Origin: Eledone cirrhosa
Lineage: Eukaryota
Length of the DNA stretch: 64,000 nt
Direction: 5' to 3'
NCBI GenBank assembly: GCA_964016885.1
Contig: OZ024744.1
Location: forward strand, 90,024,001-90,088,000
Below are positions 28,181-40,937 of this stretch, in pieces. Both the position numbers and the translations under genes were made by a program. The notes beneath the pieces were generated by a model that saw only the letters and a program-made list of their open reading frames with translations, was not told the origin of the DNA and made no database searches. Numbering within the stretch: position 1 is the first letter of the stretch; every line of letters begins with the position of its first letter.

Positions 28181-28598
28181 ATTTTTGTCCAAACCTGGGG
28201 GGTCTCTTGATAAGCTCGAAGCCTCATGGATAATACCAGGATCGGATATATCCACAAAGTGCGAGCGAAACTGTCGACAGTCGGGACTAGAGAAATTTTG
28301 GTAAAGTTTATATGCATTTTTTCTTCTAACTTATATTTTAGACCTAGCTCCGTTTAATTGACTGTTTATCTAGTTAATTGCTACGGGCTAAAACGAATGA
28401 CTAGATAAATTTTATCTGACTGTTCCTCGCGGAAAATAGTCTGTATCATTTGTCTATTATTTCTTCATAGTTACATTTTAAACTTATAGCTCCGTTTAAA
28501 TAATTATTTATCTGGTTGATTTCTACGGACTAGGGTGAAGAAAGACTGGGTATATTTTATCTAATAATTTTTCAAACTTGCAATTTTATATATATATA

Positions 28599-29640
28599 TA
28601 ATACAAACATAAATTATCGAGATTCGCATTTCTGCCCACGAAATAACGAAAAACAACCTCCGAGATGTGCGGCAAGTGCTCAATGATTCAGATGAACCAG
28701 AGCTATAACAAACGTTAAAGGCCAAACACACTGAGACGATGGTTAAACAATCATTCGCATAGCCAAAAAAAAACCGATCAAGTAATTCGGGTATTGAAAA
28801 TTTACCCGGACCCCTGGAAGGTTGGTAAAATTCAGTATATGGGTTTCTGCGGCTCCTAAATCAAGTACCGTCCGCTTACATAAATAATGTCAGGCTTCTG
28901 GTAAGATGATTGAACAAGGAAGCCACTTTCTCAACAGGTTTTAGTTTAATGTTAATACAAGGACTGACTATTGCTGACCCCACGTGGGGATCGGCAAGGG
29001 AGGCAACCCCTATATCAGGCGAATGAATTCAGTTGTGTATATTTTTGCAAGAATGCAAAAACATCACAAATCAAATAGAGTTCTCAACAGAAGGGTTAAA
29101 ATTAACATAAGCTATTCATCAGTCAATAGAATCAACTAAAAAATCAAGAAAATTAACTGGTCAATAGCTAGAGTCTGGAGAATAATACAAACATAAATTA
29201 TCGAGATTCGCATTTCGGCCCACGAAATAACGAAAAACAACCTCTGAGATGTGCGGCAAGTGCTCAATGGTTCAGATGAACCAGAGCTATAACAAACGTT
29301 AAAGGCCAAACACACTGAGACGATGGTTAAACAATCATTCGCATAGCCAAAAAAAAACGATCAAGTAATTCTGGTATTGAAAATTTACCCGGACCCCTTG
29401 AAGGTTGGTAAAATCCAGTATATGGGTTTCTGCGGCTCCTAAATCAAGTACCGTCCACTTACATAAATAATGTCAGGCTTCTGGTAAGATGATTGAACAA
29501 GGAAGCCACTTTCTCAACAGGTTTTAGTTCAATGTTAATACAAGGACTGACTGTTGCTGACCCCACGTGGGGATTGGCAAGGGAGGCAACCCCTATATCA
29601 GGCGAATGAATTTAGTTGTGTATATTTTTGCAAGAATGCA
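28599..29640 (-). mobile_element. Partial tandem dimer (about 584-bp unit) with U3-A8 variant HHR motifs
   Basis: 28599-29057 recurs at 29183-29640. Reverse complement TTGAGAA-aGTGGCTTC..GGAGCCGCa-GAAAC at about 28827-28942 and 29410-29525. Confidence 0.8.
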
Positions 29641-30505
29641 GGGGGTGTAACTTGGAGTTACTGCAGGTTCACCCGAGAGAGCACTCGATGTTTAGGTTCA
29701 CTTCTGTGATGAGGTGTAGAGCTATACAGAGTGTAATATATTGAAAGGATAATAAGGACGATTGGTTACTCCTTCATTACATTTATTGGTAGGTGACGCG
29801 CGTTTCGCCACTGATCAGTTCAAGGTTCGATCTATATCGATCCTATCCGACTCAATGATCGGCAGCTCGACGGAGCCTTTAAAATACTATAAGAAAATGA
29901 AATACATGCTATGTGGTAAAGACAGAAGTTCAAGAGTTTGACAATATGAGTTGTTTTGATTGGTGGGCAGGATCAAAGGGATGTAGTGGCCTGTAGTGTA
30001 TGTGGGGTGGATGTGATGATAAAATGGTGGTGACGGTCGCTGGCTGCGATGGGCTCTGATGTGGTGGTGGCGGATTGGCTTTGGCCTGTAGTGTATGTGG
30101 GGTGGATGTGATGATAAGATGTTGGTGACGGTCGCTGGCTGCGATGGGCTCTGATGTGGTGGTGGCGGATTGGCTTTGGCCTGTAGTGTATGTGGGGTGG
30201 ATGTGATGATAAGATGTTGGTGACGGTCGCTGGCTGCGATGGGCTCTGATGTGGTGGTGGCGGATTGGCTTTGGCCTGTAGTGTATGTGGGGTGGATGTG
30301 ATGATAAGATGGTGGTGGCGGTCGCTGACTGGGATGGGCTGTGGTGTGGGGGGAGTGGATTGTTGGTAGGCGGGTTGGCGTGTGTGGGGTGTGGTTGTGG
30401 TGTTGTTGTTTATGGTAGTGGCGTTTGTGGTGGTGTGGTGGATGTGTTGGTGGTGTCGAGTCCATGGGGAGATACATATCTAGACACTCTTAGTCTGACA
30501 AATAC
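29641..30505 (-). mobile_element. PLE-derived 3' remnant; its inverted terminal piece lies at about 31770-31856
   Basis: About 29766-29853 is inverted at 31770-31856; degenerate long-stem-II HHR ending GAAAC gcgc GTC; SPHGLDT resembles the PLE C-terminal PxGLN motif. Confidence 0.55.
29987..30325. repeat. 95-bp tandem repeat, about 3.5 copies
   Basis: tggcctgtagtgtatg at 29987, 30082, 30177 and 30272. Confidence 0.92.
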
Positions 30506-30908
30506 GGTGTATATATATATATATACATGCGCATATATACTGATATATATACATACGTACACACTGATATACACACACACATACACGCGCCCACATAGAT
30601 CCACACATACATATATCTATATGCATATATACACACATGTATGTGCATGCGCGCGTGTGGATATATAGAGAGAGAGTGGGGGAGTATCGGTGGGGGTGGC
30701 GTAGAACAAAGATAGAGGGAAGGTGAGAGCCAATGGAGATGGTGTTGTACATATAGACATACACATACATACACACATACACACATACGGATATGCACAG
30801 ATACACGTACACACACGTATACATAAACATACACATACACACACATATGTATGTATATACATATATACACACATATATATATACATATATATATATACAT
30901 ATACATAT

Positions 30909-31425
30909 ATTGTTATACTTTGGGAGGGTCATGTTGCCAATAAGAAACACACGCACCAGTTGCTTTCACTTCAATTTAATTTATTAAATATTTATAAATT
31001 TACAAATTTATAAATTTCTGGTTGGTTGGTTGGTTCCACAACCAGATAGTTGTTTATATATATATAGTCATAGTTCTTTCGTCACACACTCTGTGACCTC
31101 TTCAGTGACTGGGGATTTCTTTCTTCGTTTCTGTGCCTTTCCTTTCTTCTATCCTACGCCATTTTGTTTGTGTCACCGAAGAGGTCACAGAGTGTGTGAC
31201 GAAAGAACTATGACTATATATATATAAACAACTATCTGGTTGTGGAACCAACCAACCAACCAGAAATTTATAAATTTGTAAATTTATAAATATTTAATAA
31301 ATTAAATTGAAGTGAAAGCAACTGGTGCGTGTGTTTCTTATTGGCAACATGACCCTCCCAAAGTATAACAATATCGGTTTCAACACACGATTTCAGATAA
31401 AGAATCTTGCTAAACAAATTCAGAA
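30909..31425. mobile_element. Family E fold-back (about 200-bp arms)
   Basis: 30909-31109 is inverted at 31172-31371. Confidence 0.82.
31066..31110 (-). ncRNA. Minimal type I hammerhead, family E
   Basis: Reverse complement: AGTCA-CTGAAGA-gGTCACA gagtg TGTGAC-GAAAG aa CTA-TGACT. Confidence 0.8.
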
Positions 31426-31720
31426 ATGACATATACATATACATATATGTATACGCACATATATATATAAAAAATACTTACACACAGACACACACACACT
31501 TGCGTTGGTTCGAGAGGGAAGGTATGTGTTGGCGGTGTTGATGAAGTTAATGGATGTTGAGGTATGGAGTTGTGTCTTGTGGTGGTGGAGTTGTGAGCGA
31601 CAAAAATATACAGGATCGAATGATACGATGGGTTACAGGTTAAAAGGTGACATAGGGAACGCGGGGGAAAAAAAGTTTATGAACATATAGCGATGTGTGT
31701 TGTGGTCATGGTGGTGGTGG

Positions 31721-31751
<31 letters not shown>

Positions 31752-31860
31752 GGTGCTGGGGTGATATGAGTTGGGTAGGATCGATACAGAGCGAACCTTG
31801 AGCTGATCAGTGGCGAAACGCGGGTCGCCTACCAATAAATGTAATGAAGGAGTAACTCAT

Positions 31861-31913
31861 GAGATTCCTGATGATTTCTAATGAATGAAACAGTTCTAGT
31901 CCTGTAGAATCTC
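31861..31913 (+). ncRNA. Type I hammerhead, family C
   Basis: GAGATTC-CTGATGA-TTTC taat GAAT-GAAA-CAG ttctagtc CTG-TA-GAATCTC; stem I covaries relative to the copy at 703. Confidence 0.85.
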
Positions 31914-31994
31914 ATCTATATTAAAACTTTTATACTCTGCTATGTATTGAGTACCTTACTTACTGTGGTTACCTCCGATTCAACCCGGAATAAC

Positions 31995-32065
<71 letters not shown>

Positions 32066-32220
32066 TGTATAAATAATACATGCATATATTTATTTTTTAA
32101 AATCTAATTGAGTTCTTCACACGCAAGGTTAAAATTATTGAAAGAATTAATTGACCCGCGTGCATATTATTTTATTTTCTTGTGTTTTGCGATGACCTCC
32201 CCCTTTCCGCTTGATGACAG

Positions 32221-32310
32221 GGTGAAATTTCTCATTCTGAGACTGCTGGAATTTCAAATTTGGTGGTCATTCTGACACGGAAGGTGACCATCGCTGAACA
32301 TTGGATAACG
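32221..32310 (+). other. Possible isolated exon (90 nt, open frame GEISHSETAGISNLVVILTRKVTIAEHWIT)
   Basis: Preceded by a pyrimidine tract and cag, followed by gtaaga. No recognisable homology and no partner exons found. Confidence 0.25.
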
Positions 32311-32854
32311 GTAAGAAAATTTTTTTTTATATCGATGTTTGACGGGCATCCACTGATGATTTATAAGTGCCCACCTGCATATATTCCTACGGACTATGTG
32401 TAGGCTTCTACATAACCTGGACATAATTTTCCCAACTTGTAGAAAACTTATAATGAAACAATTGTTTGGAAAGGGAGATGTATTTTAATTATGTCTCATA
32501 TTAAACAATACAACTGGCTATCCGCAAAATACATAGAGTTAGCACCCCAAACGTAAAATTGGGATTATACTAAGGTATATCCTAATGTTTGTTGAGTGAG
32601 ATGGAAGCCAGTCAGAGTATTGCTTAAAGCTTTCTCTGTTAATGTATTAAATATATATATATATATATAGGAACGCGTAGGACCCCGACGGCAGAGCTCA
32701 AGCCGTTTCGACGGCTAATTCCAGAATTAGCCATCGAAACGGCTTGAGCTCAGCCGTCGGGGTCCTACTCGTTGCTATTACACACTCTACTACCCTAAGT
32801 ATTGAGTACTTTGGTGCGTTATGGTCCACCTGGTTCCTTACCACATTTCCTTCG

Positions 32855-32962
<108 letters not shown>

Positions 32963-33008
32963 AAATATATATATGTGTATGTGTATATATATACATATAT
33001 ATATATAA

Positions 33009-33077
<69 letters not shown>

Positions 33078-33125
33078 TGTGTGTGTGTGTATAAATATAT
33101 ATATATATATATGTGTGTGTATGTA

Positions 33126-33174
<49 letters not shown>

Positions 33175-33204
33175 AGAAATGTTTCCAGATGTTTCGAAAA
33201 TATT

Positions 33205-33239
<35 letters not shown>

Positions 33240-33418
33240 GTGGATGGATACTTCAACAGGTACAATGTACTTGTAGAAATATTCAAGTTGTTTATAATAC
33301 ATGTGGTTCAATGGCACTAATTCGAGATACCAGAACAATATAAAAGTAGCGAAACAAACGGTTATTAAACAATTTTCCAAATAAATTAAAAAATGATTAA
33401 ATAATCACCTGTTCAGAT

Positions 33419-33499
33419 GCTGTTACCGACGGTTTCATTATTCCGAAAGATTGGAAATCCAACGAATTTCCAATGGAAAGAAATGAATCTTCAGACAGC
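33419..33499 (-). ncRNA. Type I hammerhead with extended stem II (copy 1)
   Basis: Reverse complement: GCTGT-CTGAAGA-stem II with ATTGGAAATTC gtt GGATTTCCAAT-GAAACC gtc GGTA-ACAGC. Confidence 0.85.
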
Positions 33500-33876
33500 C
33501 CTATTTCCACGCTATAAGGTATAGCAAGTAAATATTATGCTCCCTGCCCAACGCATGCGGTTAAGCCGTTAAAGTGACACACACGCAAATCAGGTCGCTG
33601 ATAAAAGCTGGATATTATAAACATGTCGAATTGCCACTAAAATTAGCAGCATTATTCAACGTTTTGTTCTCTACGTAAGGAGAATAAATTATAGAAGTGG
33701 ATGGATACTTCAACAGGTACAATGTACTTGTAGAAATATTCAAGTTGTTTATAATATATGTGGTTCAATGGCACTAATTCGAGATACCAGAACAATATAA
33801 AAGTAGCGAAACAAACGGTTATTAAACAATTTTCCAAATAAATTTAAAAAATGATTAAATAATCACCTGTTCAGAT

Positions 33877-33957
33877 GCTGTTACCGACGGTTTCATCATT
33901 CCGAAAGATTGGAAATCCAACGAATTTCCAATGGAAAGAAATGAATCTTCAGACAGC
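33877..33957 (-). ncRNA. Type I hammerhead with extended stem II (copy 2)
   Basis: As copy 1, with TCATTTC/GGAATGA pairing at the base of stem II. Confidence 0.87.
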
Positions 33958-34164
33958 CCTATTTCCACGCTATAAGGTATAGCAAGTAAATATTATGCTC
34001 CCTGCCCAACGCATGCGGTCAAGCCGTTAAAGTGACACACACGCAAATCAGGTCGCTCAATCTTTCGGAATGATGAAACCGTCGGTAACAGCATCTGAAC
34101 AGGTGATTATTTAATCATTTTTTAATTTATTTGGAAAATTGTTTAATAACCGTTTGTTTCGCTA

Positions 34165-34209
<45 letters not shown>

Positions 34210-34829
34210 GAAAATTAACAAAGAAAGGAAAAAGACAACGAACGGAAACAAAACAAAACGAAAAACAATTTTTTAAAGGGAAACCTTAAAAAATTGTTTT
34301 TAGAAAATAAAATACAGGGAACTCCATGGTGATCGGTCTAGGGTACTGCTAGTACATCTGGGTCAGAGCCTCTGACATAAGCCTAACGCTGTCCAGTGGA
34401 GTAAGAGACGAGAGACAAAACATTAATTGATAACCGTTAAGTTACAAAACACATACAATTTTGTGTGACGTCAGGGAAAACGTCTGGTACCTCTCATAGC
34501 ACGTGACATGAATGGAACAAAGAAAAAGGAAAAAAAAGAATTCAGTAACTTTGTGGGTTACTAGAGGTGGTACCAATATATAAGGCAGAGTGTATAAATT
34601 AAGTATAACAAAACGAAAATTCACAAGAATGTTTTATTATTATTATTATCGACCAGTTACGTGTGTTTCACAGATGATTGACTCAAGGTCCACATTTGTG
34701 TTATAGACACGACTGCAGCATCAGTTTGCATATCAAACTTGTTAATTACGCTAAAAACAAAAGTTCATCTATATATACATACATACTTATATTCATGCAT
34801 ACTTACATACATACATGCATACATACATG

Positions 34830-36033
34830 ATGGCTGCCCCTCGTTATGCAGTATGGCAATTACACGACAAAAAAAAAGAACACACATATATATATTAATA
34901 ATTAACGGTGCTGCGATCGAATGTGGCTTTTTAGCCCAGCCAATGATCTAAAATGTCAGATTTAGCAACCAAAACATTCACTGACAATAGCCGGCTGTGG
35001 TTGGAGTTCATGCACTTTTGCATGTCGTTTGAGCCCTCCTGCTGATCTACATTCTTTCCAGAGGTATGGTGCCACTGGTCTCACTTTATGACTGCGAAGA
35101 TGACTTTCGAGTCCAGCTTTGCTGAGGCAGAGTCTTGCACAGACACTGCATGTCAGCGCCATAGGAGGACCTTCGCTGTCTGGAAATGCAACAGTAATGC
35201 CCTTCCTCACATCCCTCTTTAATTTCTCGTATGCGATTCGAGATGCCTCAAAGGCAACTTTTCCCTCATATACAGTCTTTCTCCATTTATTACGATCAGC
35301 AGCAATATTTTCCCATGTATCAGCAGAGATGTTAGCGTCTTTCAAAAAGGCTTTCAATGAATCCTTATACCTCTTTTGGGGTTTATATGGCGGCGTTTTC
35401 CTTTAACTAACTCTCCATAAAAGAGTTGTTTTGGTATTCTAGAATCCTTCATCCTGGCAAAGTGACCACTCCAACGGAGTCTTTGCTTATGCACAAGAGC
35501 TTCTATACTTTCACACAGAGAGCTTTCCAAAATCTCGACATCATTGATGTGGTCCCTCCAGTGAACGCCATGGATCTGTCTGAAACACATCTGATGGAAA
35601 CGTTCCAATTGTTTAAGGTGGTATTGATAAGTGACCCAGGTTTCGCAGGCATAAAGAAGAGAAGAGAGCACATATGCCTTGTACACCTTTACCTTTGTCT
35701 TCTTGCATATGTCTCGCCGACCCCAGAGGCGCATTTCTAGCTTTCCGAAAGCATCACTTGCTTTCCTAATTCTGAATGGAATTTCGTTATCAAGATCACT
35801 GCATCGATTGACAGTGCTTCCTAGGTAGACAAACTGATCAACCACTCCAAGTCGTTTACCATACACATAGATATTTGGTTCATTGTACTGCTTACCAGGG
35901 GTAGGTTGGTACATGATGACGGTTTTCATGAGACTGGCAGTCAATCCTAGGGCCGTGCAAGCATTCTAAATGTGCTGCATATCAATCTCTGTGTGCGCTA
36001 CAAGATCGCAGTCATCTGCACACAAGAGGTCTC
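34830..36033 (-). mobile_element. RTE-clade LINE, 5'-truncated and frameshifted
   Basis: LLCADD, FVYLGS, LLYACETW, RLRWSGH..RM.D.RIPKQ, C-terminal C2H2 finger CSVCARLC..GL.SH.RSH. Confidence 0.88.
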
Positions 36034-36112
36034 TATACATAGATACATACATACATGCATACATACACACATACATACACACATACATACATACATACAT
36101 ACATACATACAT

Positions 36113-39100
36113 AAATGCATACACTCCATCAGTCAACGCGATCAGTCGCATATTTTGGCGTGGGAGACTATTTATTAAATTTAAGATGAATACTATCTCC
36201 GACAGTAATGCCACAACTACAATCATGTTGAATAACTGGTTATTCTTCTAACTATATCTTCTGAAGACACCTTTTATTTGAATTCGTAGAGATATCCGAC
36301 TAAATACATAATTCATTTTACAACGATTTGCTACAAACAGCATGGCTGAACACGATATCAACAAGAAAATTAGGGAAGTATCGAAGACAAATAACAAAGA
36401 AGGTAATCAAACTTTATTCAGTTGTAGCTACAGAAGAAACCGAAATTATAAATCACATTTCTCTTGGAGTTGCGAACTTAATAATGATTTATTTAATTGT
36501 TATAAAATGGCAAAAAAAAATCCCTCCATTGGCTATATGAATAGAATGAAGCTACACTGGGACGAAATACACCCAGAGCTAAATTATTTCGCAGCGAAAC
36601 AATTACGCCAACAAGCGACGTTTGTTGAACGTAAAAATAAGATAAATATTATTAATTATAAGTCCCCCACAACAAATATGGAATCAACAACACGTGCTAC
36701 AGATCGCCATGCTACTAGACTTCCTAGCAGCCAGGTCGAACAGTGCCTTGAAATAACAATGCCTGTAAGAAATTTGACACCACGTGTACCATCTAAGTCT
36801 ACTCGAATGCTGGGGAAAACACTATCGATAATAATAATAATCGAAGAAATAATAATAATAATCGAATAAATGTGACACCACGTATACCATCTGAGTCTAC
36901 CTCGACTGTTGTGGAAAATATTATCGATAATGATAATCAAAAGTATAAACAATTGAAAATTTCCCTCAACGAAATCTTCCAGAGAGAAATTAACTCATGT
37001 ATAAATATCTCTCTGGCTGAACGTGTTAAAATGACAATGGTGAATAAAAAAACAAATAATGAAATATTACGTGTTATTGACGAAATAGAGGATGAATATT
37101 TACGACGGATAAAAACCCCAACATTTTGGCAAATCAACGCCTGTTTATATGCCTTAGCAATGACAGTTAAGCATTATCTTGGTGATAGCAGAGATATTAA
37201 CAAGAACAGAACACCACCAAAAATACCATCATATATAACTAAAATAGAAAAAAGAGTGCTGACCTACGAAAAAACATAGGACATGTGATAATGCTCCTTA
37301 CATGCAAACAAACACAAAAAAAACCTCACTCCTCACCAACAAAGAGTGAAAAATAAAATAGAGACGATGTTTGGTAACAGTAGAACCAGAACTCTCCAAT
37401 ATAAGCTGATCACCCTCAAACAAGAATTGAGAGCTGTTAGCGAAAAACGCCGATACCTGAAGAAGGTTGATGAGAGAAAAATGCTTAATAAAAGATTCAG
37501 ACGAAACCAAACATCAGTCTATAGAGATATGAAGGGCAAAATAATAAGTGTCACTGAGGCCCCATCCCAGAAAGACATAGATTCCTTTTGGAGAAAAATA
37601 TGGGGTGAAAAGAAGAATTTCAACCAAGATGCAGTGTGGGTAAGAGAAATCCGAAAGAACTATTGCTCCTACACTACAACAAAAACATACGAAATAAGTG
37701 AGGGTACCCTTCAGACTGTGATAGGAAAACTCCAAGATAAGAAAACACCAAGAAGAGACATGATTGTCGGCTACTGGTACAAAAAACTAATATTCTATCG
37801 GAGGTATCTTACTAACCTCTACCAACAAGTTCTTAAGGGAGATACACTTATACCAGAATGGTTGAAATTAGCACATGAACAAAGACACCCACTTGGCAAA
37901 AAAACTACCGACCCATTGCATGCCAGAACCTAATGTATAAGATGTATACAATCTGCCTCAACCTATTCCTCCAAGATCACTGTGAAAATAATAACATCAT
38001 CACAGATGAACAAGCAGCTGGAAAGAAAAGGGTTTGGGGATATGCTGAACAACTCCTAATCAACAAAACTGCGATGTCGGAGGTGCGACAACTTAGGAGG
38101 AATATGAATACAGTCTGGCTGGACTACAAGAAAGCTTTCGATTCTGTTCCCCACTCTTGGATGATAGAGGCCCTCCAACTTGCTAAAGTCCCAGACATTA
38201 TTCTCGAGCAAGTCTATCTGCATGAAACAGATAAGATCATGAGAGTTGGGAAGGAACTCCTTGAGAGATATTCCCTGTGTGATAATCAAAAACTCACACT
38301 CAGGGATGTCGCTCAGCAGTATCGCAGTGAATCCATGGATGAAAAACTGCATGCCTATCAGCAAAAAATCATGCATGGATATGTTGCCAGGAAGCTCCAG
38401 AGTGAGAGAAATATAGATAAGGAAAGTAGTCTATCTTGGACCAACAAACGCTATATTGGCTCCCACTTTGAAGGATACGCTTTTGCAATCCAAGAACAGG
38501 AGATTAGCACGAAATACCTGATTCACAAAAGAGATAGGGATGCAGGCAAAACACCTAAATGTGATAACAAGTGCAGACTCTGCAGAACTAACATCGAGGA
38601 TATCACCCATGTCATCAGCAGCTGCCCAAAGATGTCATCGCGGTACTATCTACCTATGAGGCATGATGTAGTGGCCAAAACACTGTACAATGCAGTTCGT
38701 AAAAAAGATAGCCCTGATGATGAACACATTAAAGGCTACAACAATGTGGAAGACATCCATGTACATAATATGAAAGAGTACTGGTGGAATGTTCCAGTAA
38801 AAACCCCAATAAAATGCAGGCATAACAGACCAGATATTATGATATGGGATAGAGAGAAGAAAACATTCACAGTAGTGGAAATTAACTGCCCAGCAGATGC
38901 CAATATAATATCAAAGATTAGTGAAAAGGAGAATATTTATGCAGAACTGATGAGAAATCTGCAGATACTCCACCCTGATTACACCTTCAGATTTATGCCT
39001 GTGATTATTGGGGCACTGGGGTATGTTAGTAACTGTTTCAATACAAATCTTGAGAATCTAGGCTCCACAGGAACAGAAAGAACACAACTAGTTAGGAAAT

Positions 39101-39391
39101 TACAAGTACAATCCATTAATGGAACAGTAAAAATATGTAAAACATTCCAAAGATTTTGCATCTATTAACTGCATATACACATGTACAGATGCAAAGCATA
39201 TTCACATGCACACATACAACTCAAAACATCCACATCCACACATACAATAACATCCATATCTACACATGCATGCATACATACATATCTACCTAGTTGATGT
39301 TGTGTAAATTCCAATGAGAGAGTCTTGTGTCTATGTTAGAAACCGACTCTCTCTATTGGTAAAACTTTGTGAAATTATAAAACCAGAAGAA
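36113..39391 (+). mobile_element. R4/Dong-like RLE non-LTR retrotransposon, copy 1 (internally deleted)
   Basis: WLDYKKAFDSVPH (RT), CRLC..E...HV.S.C zinc knuckle, RHD, RPDI..VVE..CP, PVIIGALG (RLE); (TACA)n on both sides. Confidence 0.88.
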
Positions 39392-39467
39392 CATACATAC
39401 ATACAAACATACACACATATATACGTACATACGTACATACATACGTACATACATACGTACATACATA

Positions 39468-40050
39468 GTGGCTGCCAACTCGTTTTCGAGTACGGCCACT
39501 ACTGTATATCCATGTAGGAGAACCCCTACCGATGCGCTGAACGAGTGTGACTTTTTAGTCCAGCCAGCAACTTGAAAACTCTGGTACAAACACTACACCT
39601 GTGACAATTACAAGTCAACATCATTGGATACCATCAGAGTTGCAGGTGTTATATCAGAGTTTTCCTTCTCCTAGAATTCTGCCTTGACAAAGGCTAAGGG
39701 GTCATCTCACCCGGTGATTTTGGATGGCCATTGACCTTATGAGCTCCTTTTCCCTTTGACAGATTTTGTTTTTAGTCCTGCAGGATGGTCAGGTCACCAG
39801 TTGGTGCTCATCATCATCATTTGTCGACTACTGTCGAGATGATGGATCTCACTCTCATGCCCCAGAATTCCCTGTCCCCCATCGCTGCCCCCAGGTCCCG
39901 TCTACTGATTCCCGTATCCCTAGAGATAACGTCAGTTGGTGCTACTGGTAACATGTATCCCAGTACAACCTGTCTCGTGGTCGGGTCGTTGGCGACTAAA
40001 CTGGCAACCCCACCAAGGTTTCTTGGTGAGGAGGGTGACTTTGGACATCC
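39468..40050 (-). mobile_element. Bipartite non-autonomous RTE derivative with 5' inversion and nested insert
   Basis: Homologous to 54156-55378; 39788-40050 is inverted; an insert with a (cat)n tail is flanked by duplicated cagttggtgct. Confidence 0.7.
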
Positions 40051-40567
40051 TACATACATACATACATACATACATACATACATACATACATACATACATA
40101 CATACATACATACATACATCAAACTTTATTCAGTTGTAGCTACAGAAGAAACCGAAATTATAAATCACATTTCTCTTGGAGTTGCGAACTTAATAATGAT
40201 TTATTTAATTGTTATAAAATGGCAAAAAACAATCCCTCCATTGGCTATATGAACAGAATGAAGCTACACTGGGACGAAATGCACCCAGAGCTAAATTATT
40301 TCGCAGCGAAACAATTACGCCAACAAGCGACGTTTGTTGAACGTAAAAATAAGATAAATATTATTAATTGTAAGTCCTCCACAATAAACATGGAATCAAC
40401 AACACGTGCTACAGGTCGCCATGCTACTAGACTTCCTAGCAGCCAGGTCGAACAATGCCTTGAAACAACAATGCCTGTAAGAAACTTGACACCACCTGTA
40501 CCATCTAAGTCTACCTCGAATGCTGGGGAAAACACTATCGATAATAATAATAATCGAATAAATGTGA

Positions 40568-40871
40568 TGTGGGTATGGTGTGGCGTGCGGTGGCCGGAGG
40601 CGAGGGAGTGCTCGACCGGAAGGGTGTGTGGCGTGCGGTGGCCGGAGGCGGGGGAGTGCTCGACCGGAAGGGTGTTTTGACCGGAAGGATGCTCGACCGG
40701 AAGGGCCAGCAGAGGGCCTCTCTCTAGTGGTGACCAGCAAAGGGTGTGGACGCGAGTTTTGGGCAGCTCCCGGTGTTAAGCAGTTGGACGCACGTGGAAG
40801 AGGAGTAACCTGCAGTGGAATTTAGCGGCGCCTGTGAAAAGCGGTAAGTGAGATAGCTTTTTCTAACCACA
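40568..40871 (+). repeat. 5' LTR (304 bp)
   Basis: Near-identical to 44534-44853; internal 48-bp duplication and gaccggaag repeats. Confidence 0.93.
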
Positions 40872-40937
40872 AGCTATTTCGGCGACTGGAAAAAAAAAAA
40901 AAAAAAAAAAATCACTTGCCGCAAGACAAATCAGAAG

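Larger units (their letters stand above)
33236..34170 (-). mobile_element. Retrozyme-like tandem dimer (about 457-bp unit) plus inverted arm, in (TA)n
   Basis: 33236-33599 recurs at 33693-34057; 34058-34170 is inverted. Confidence 0.85.

Noticed and set aside
28970-29035. HDV-like ribozyme on the + strand (GGCAAC..GGCGAAT)
   Set aside because: I could not assign P1 and P2 consistently in both families, and it is opposite to the HHR strand; kept only as a conserved core.
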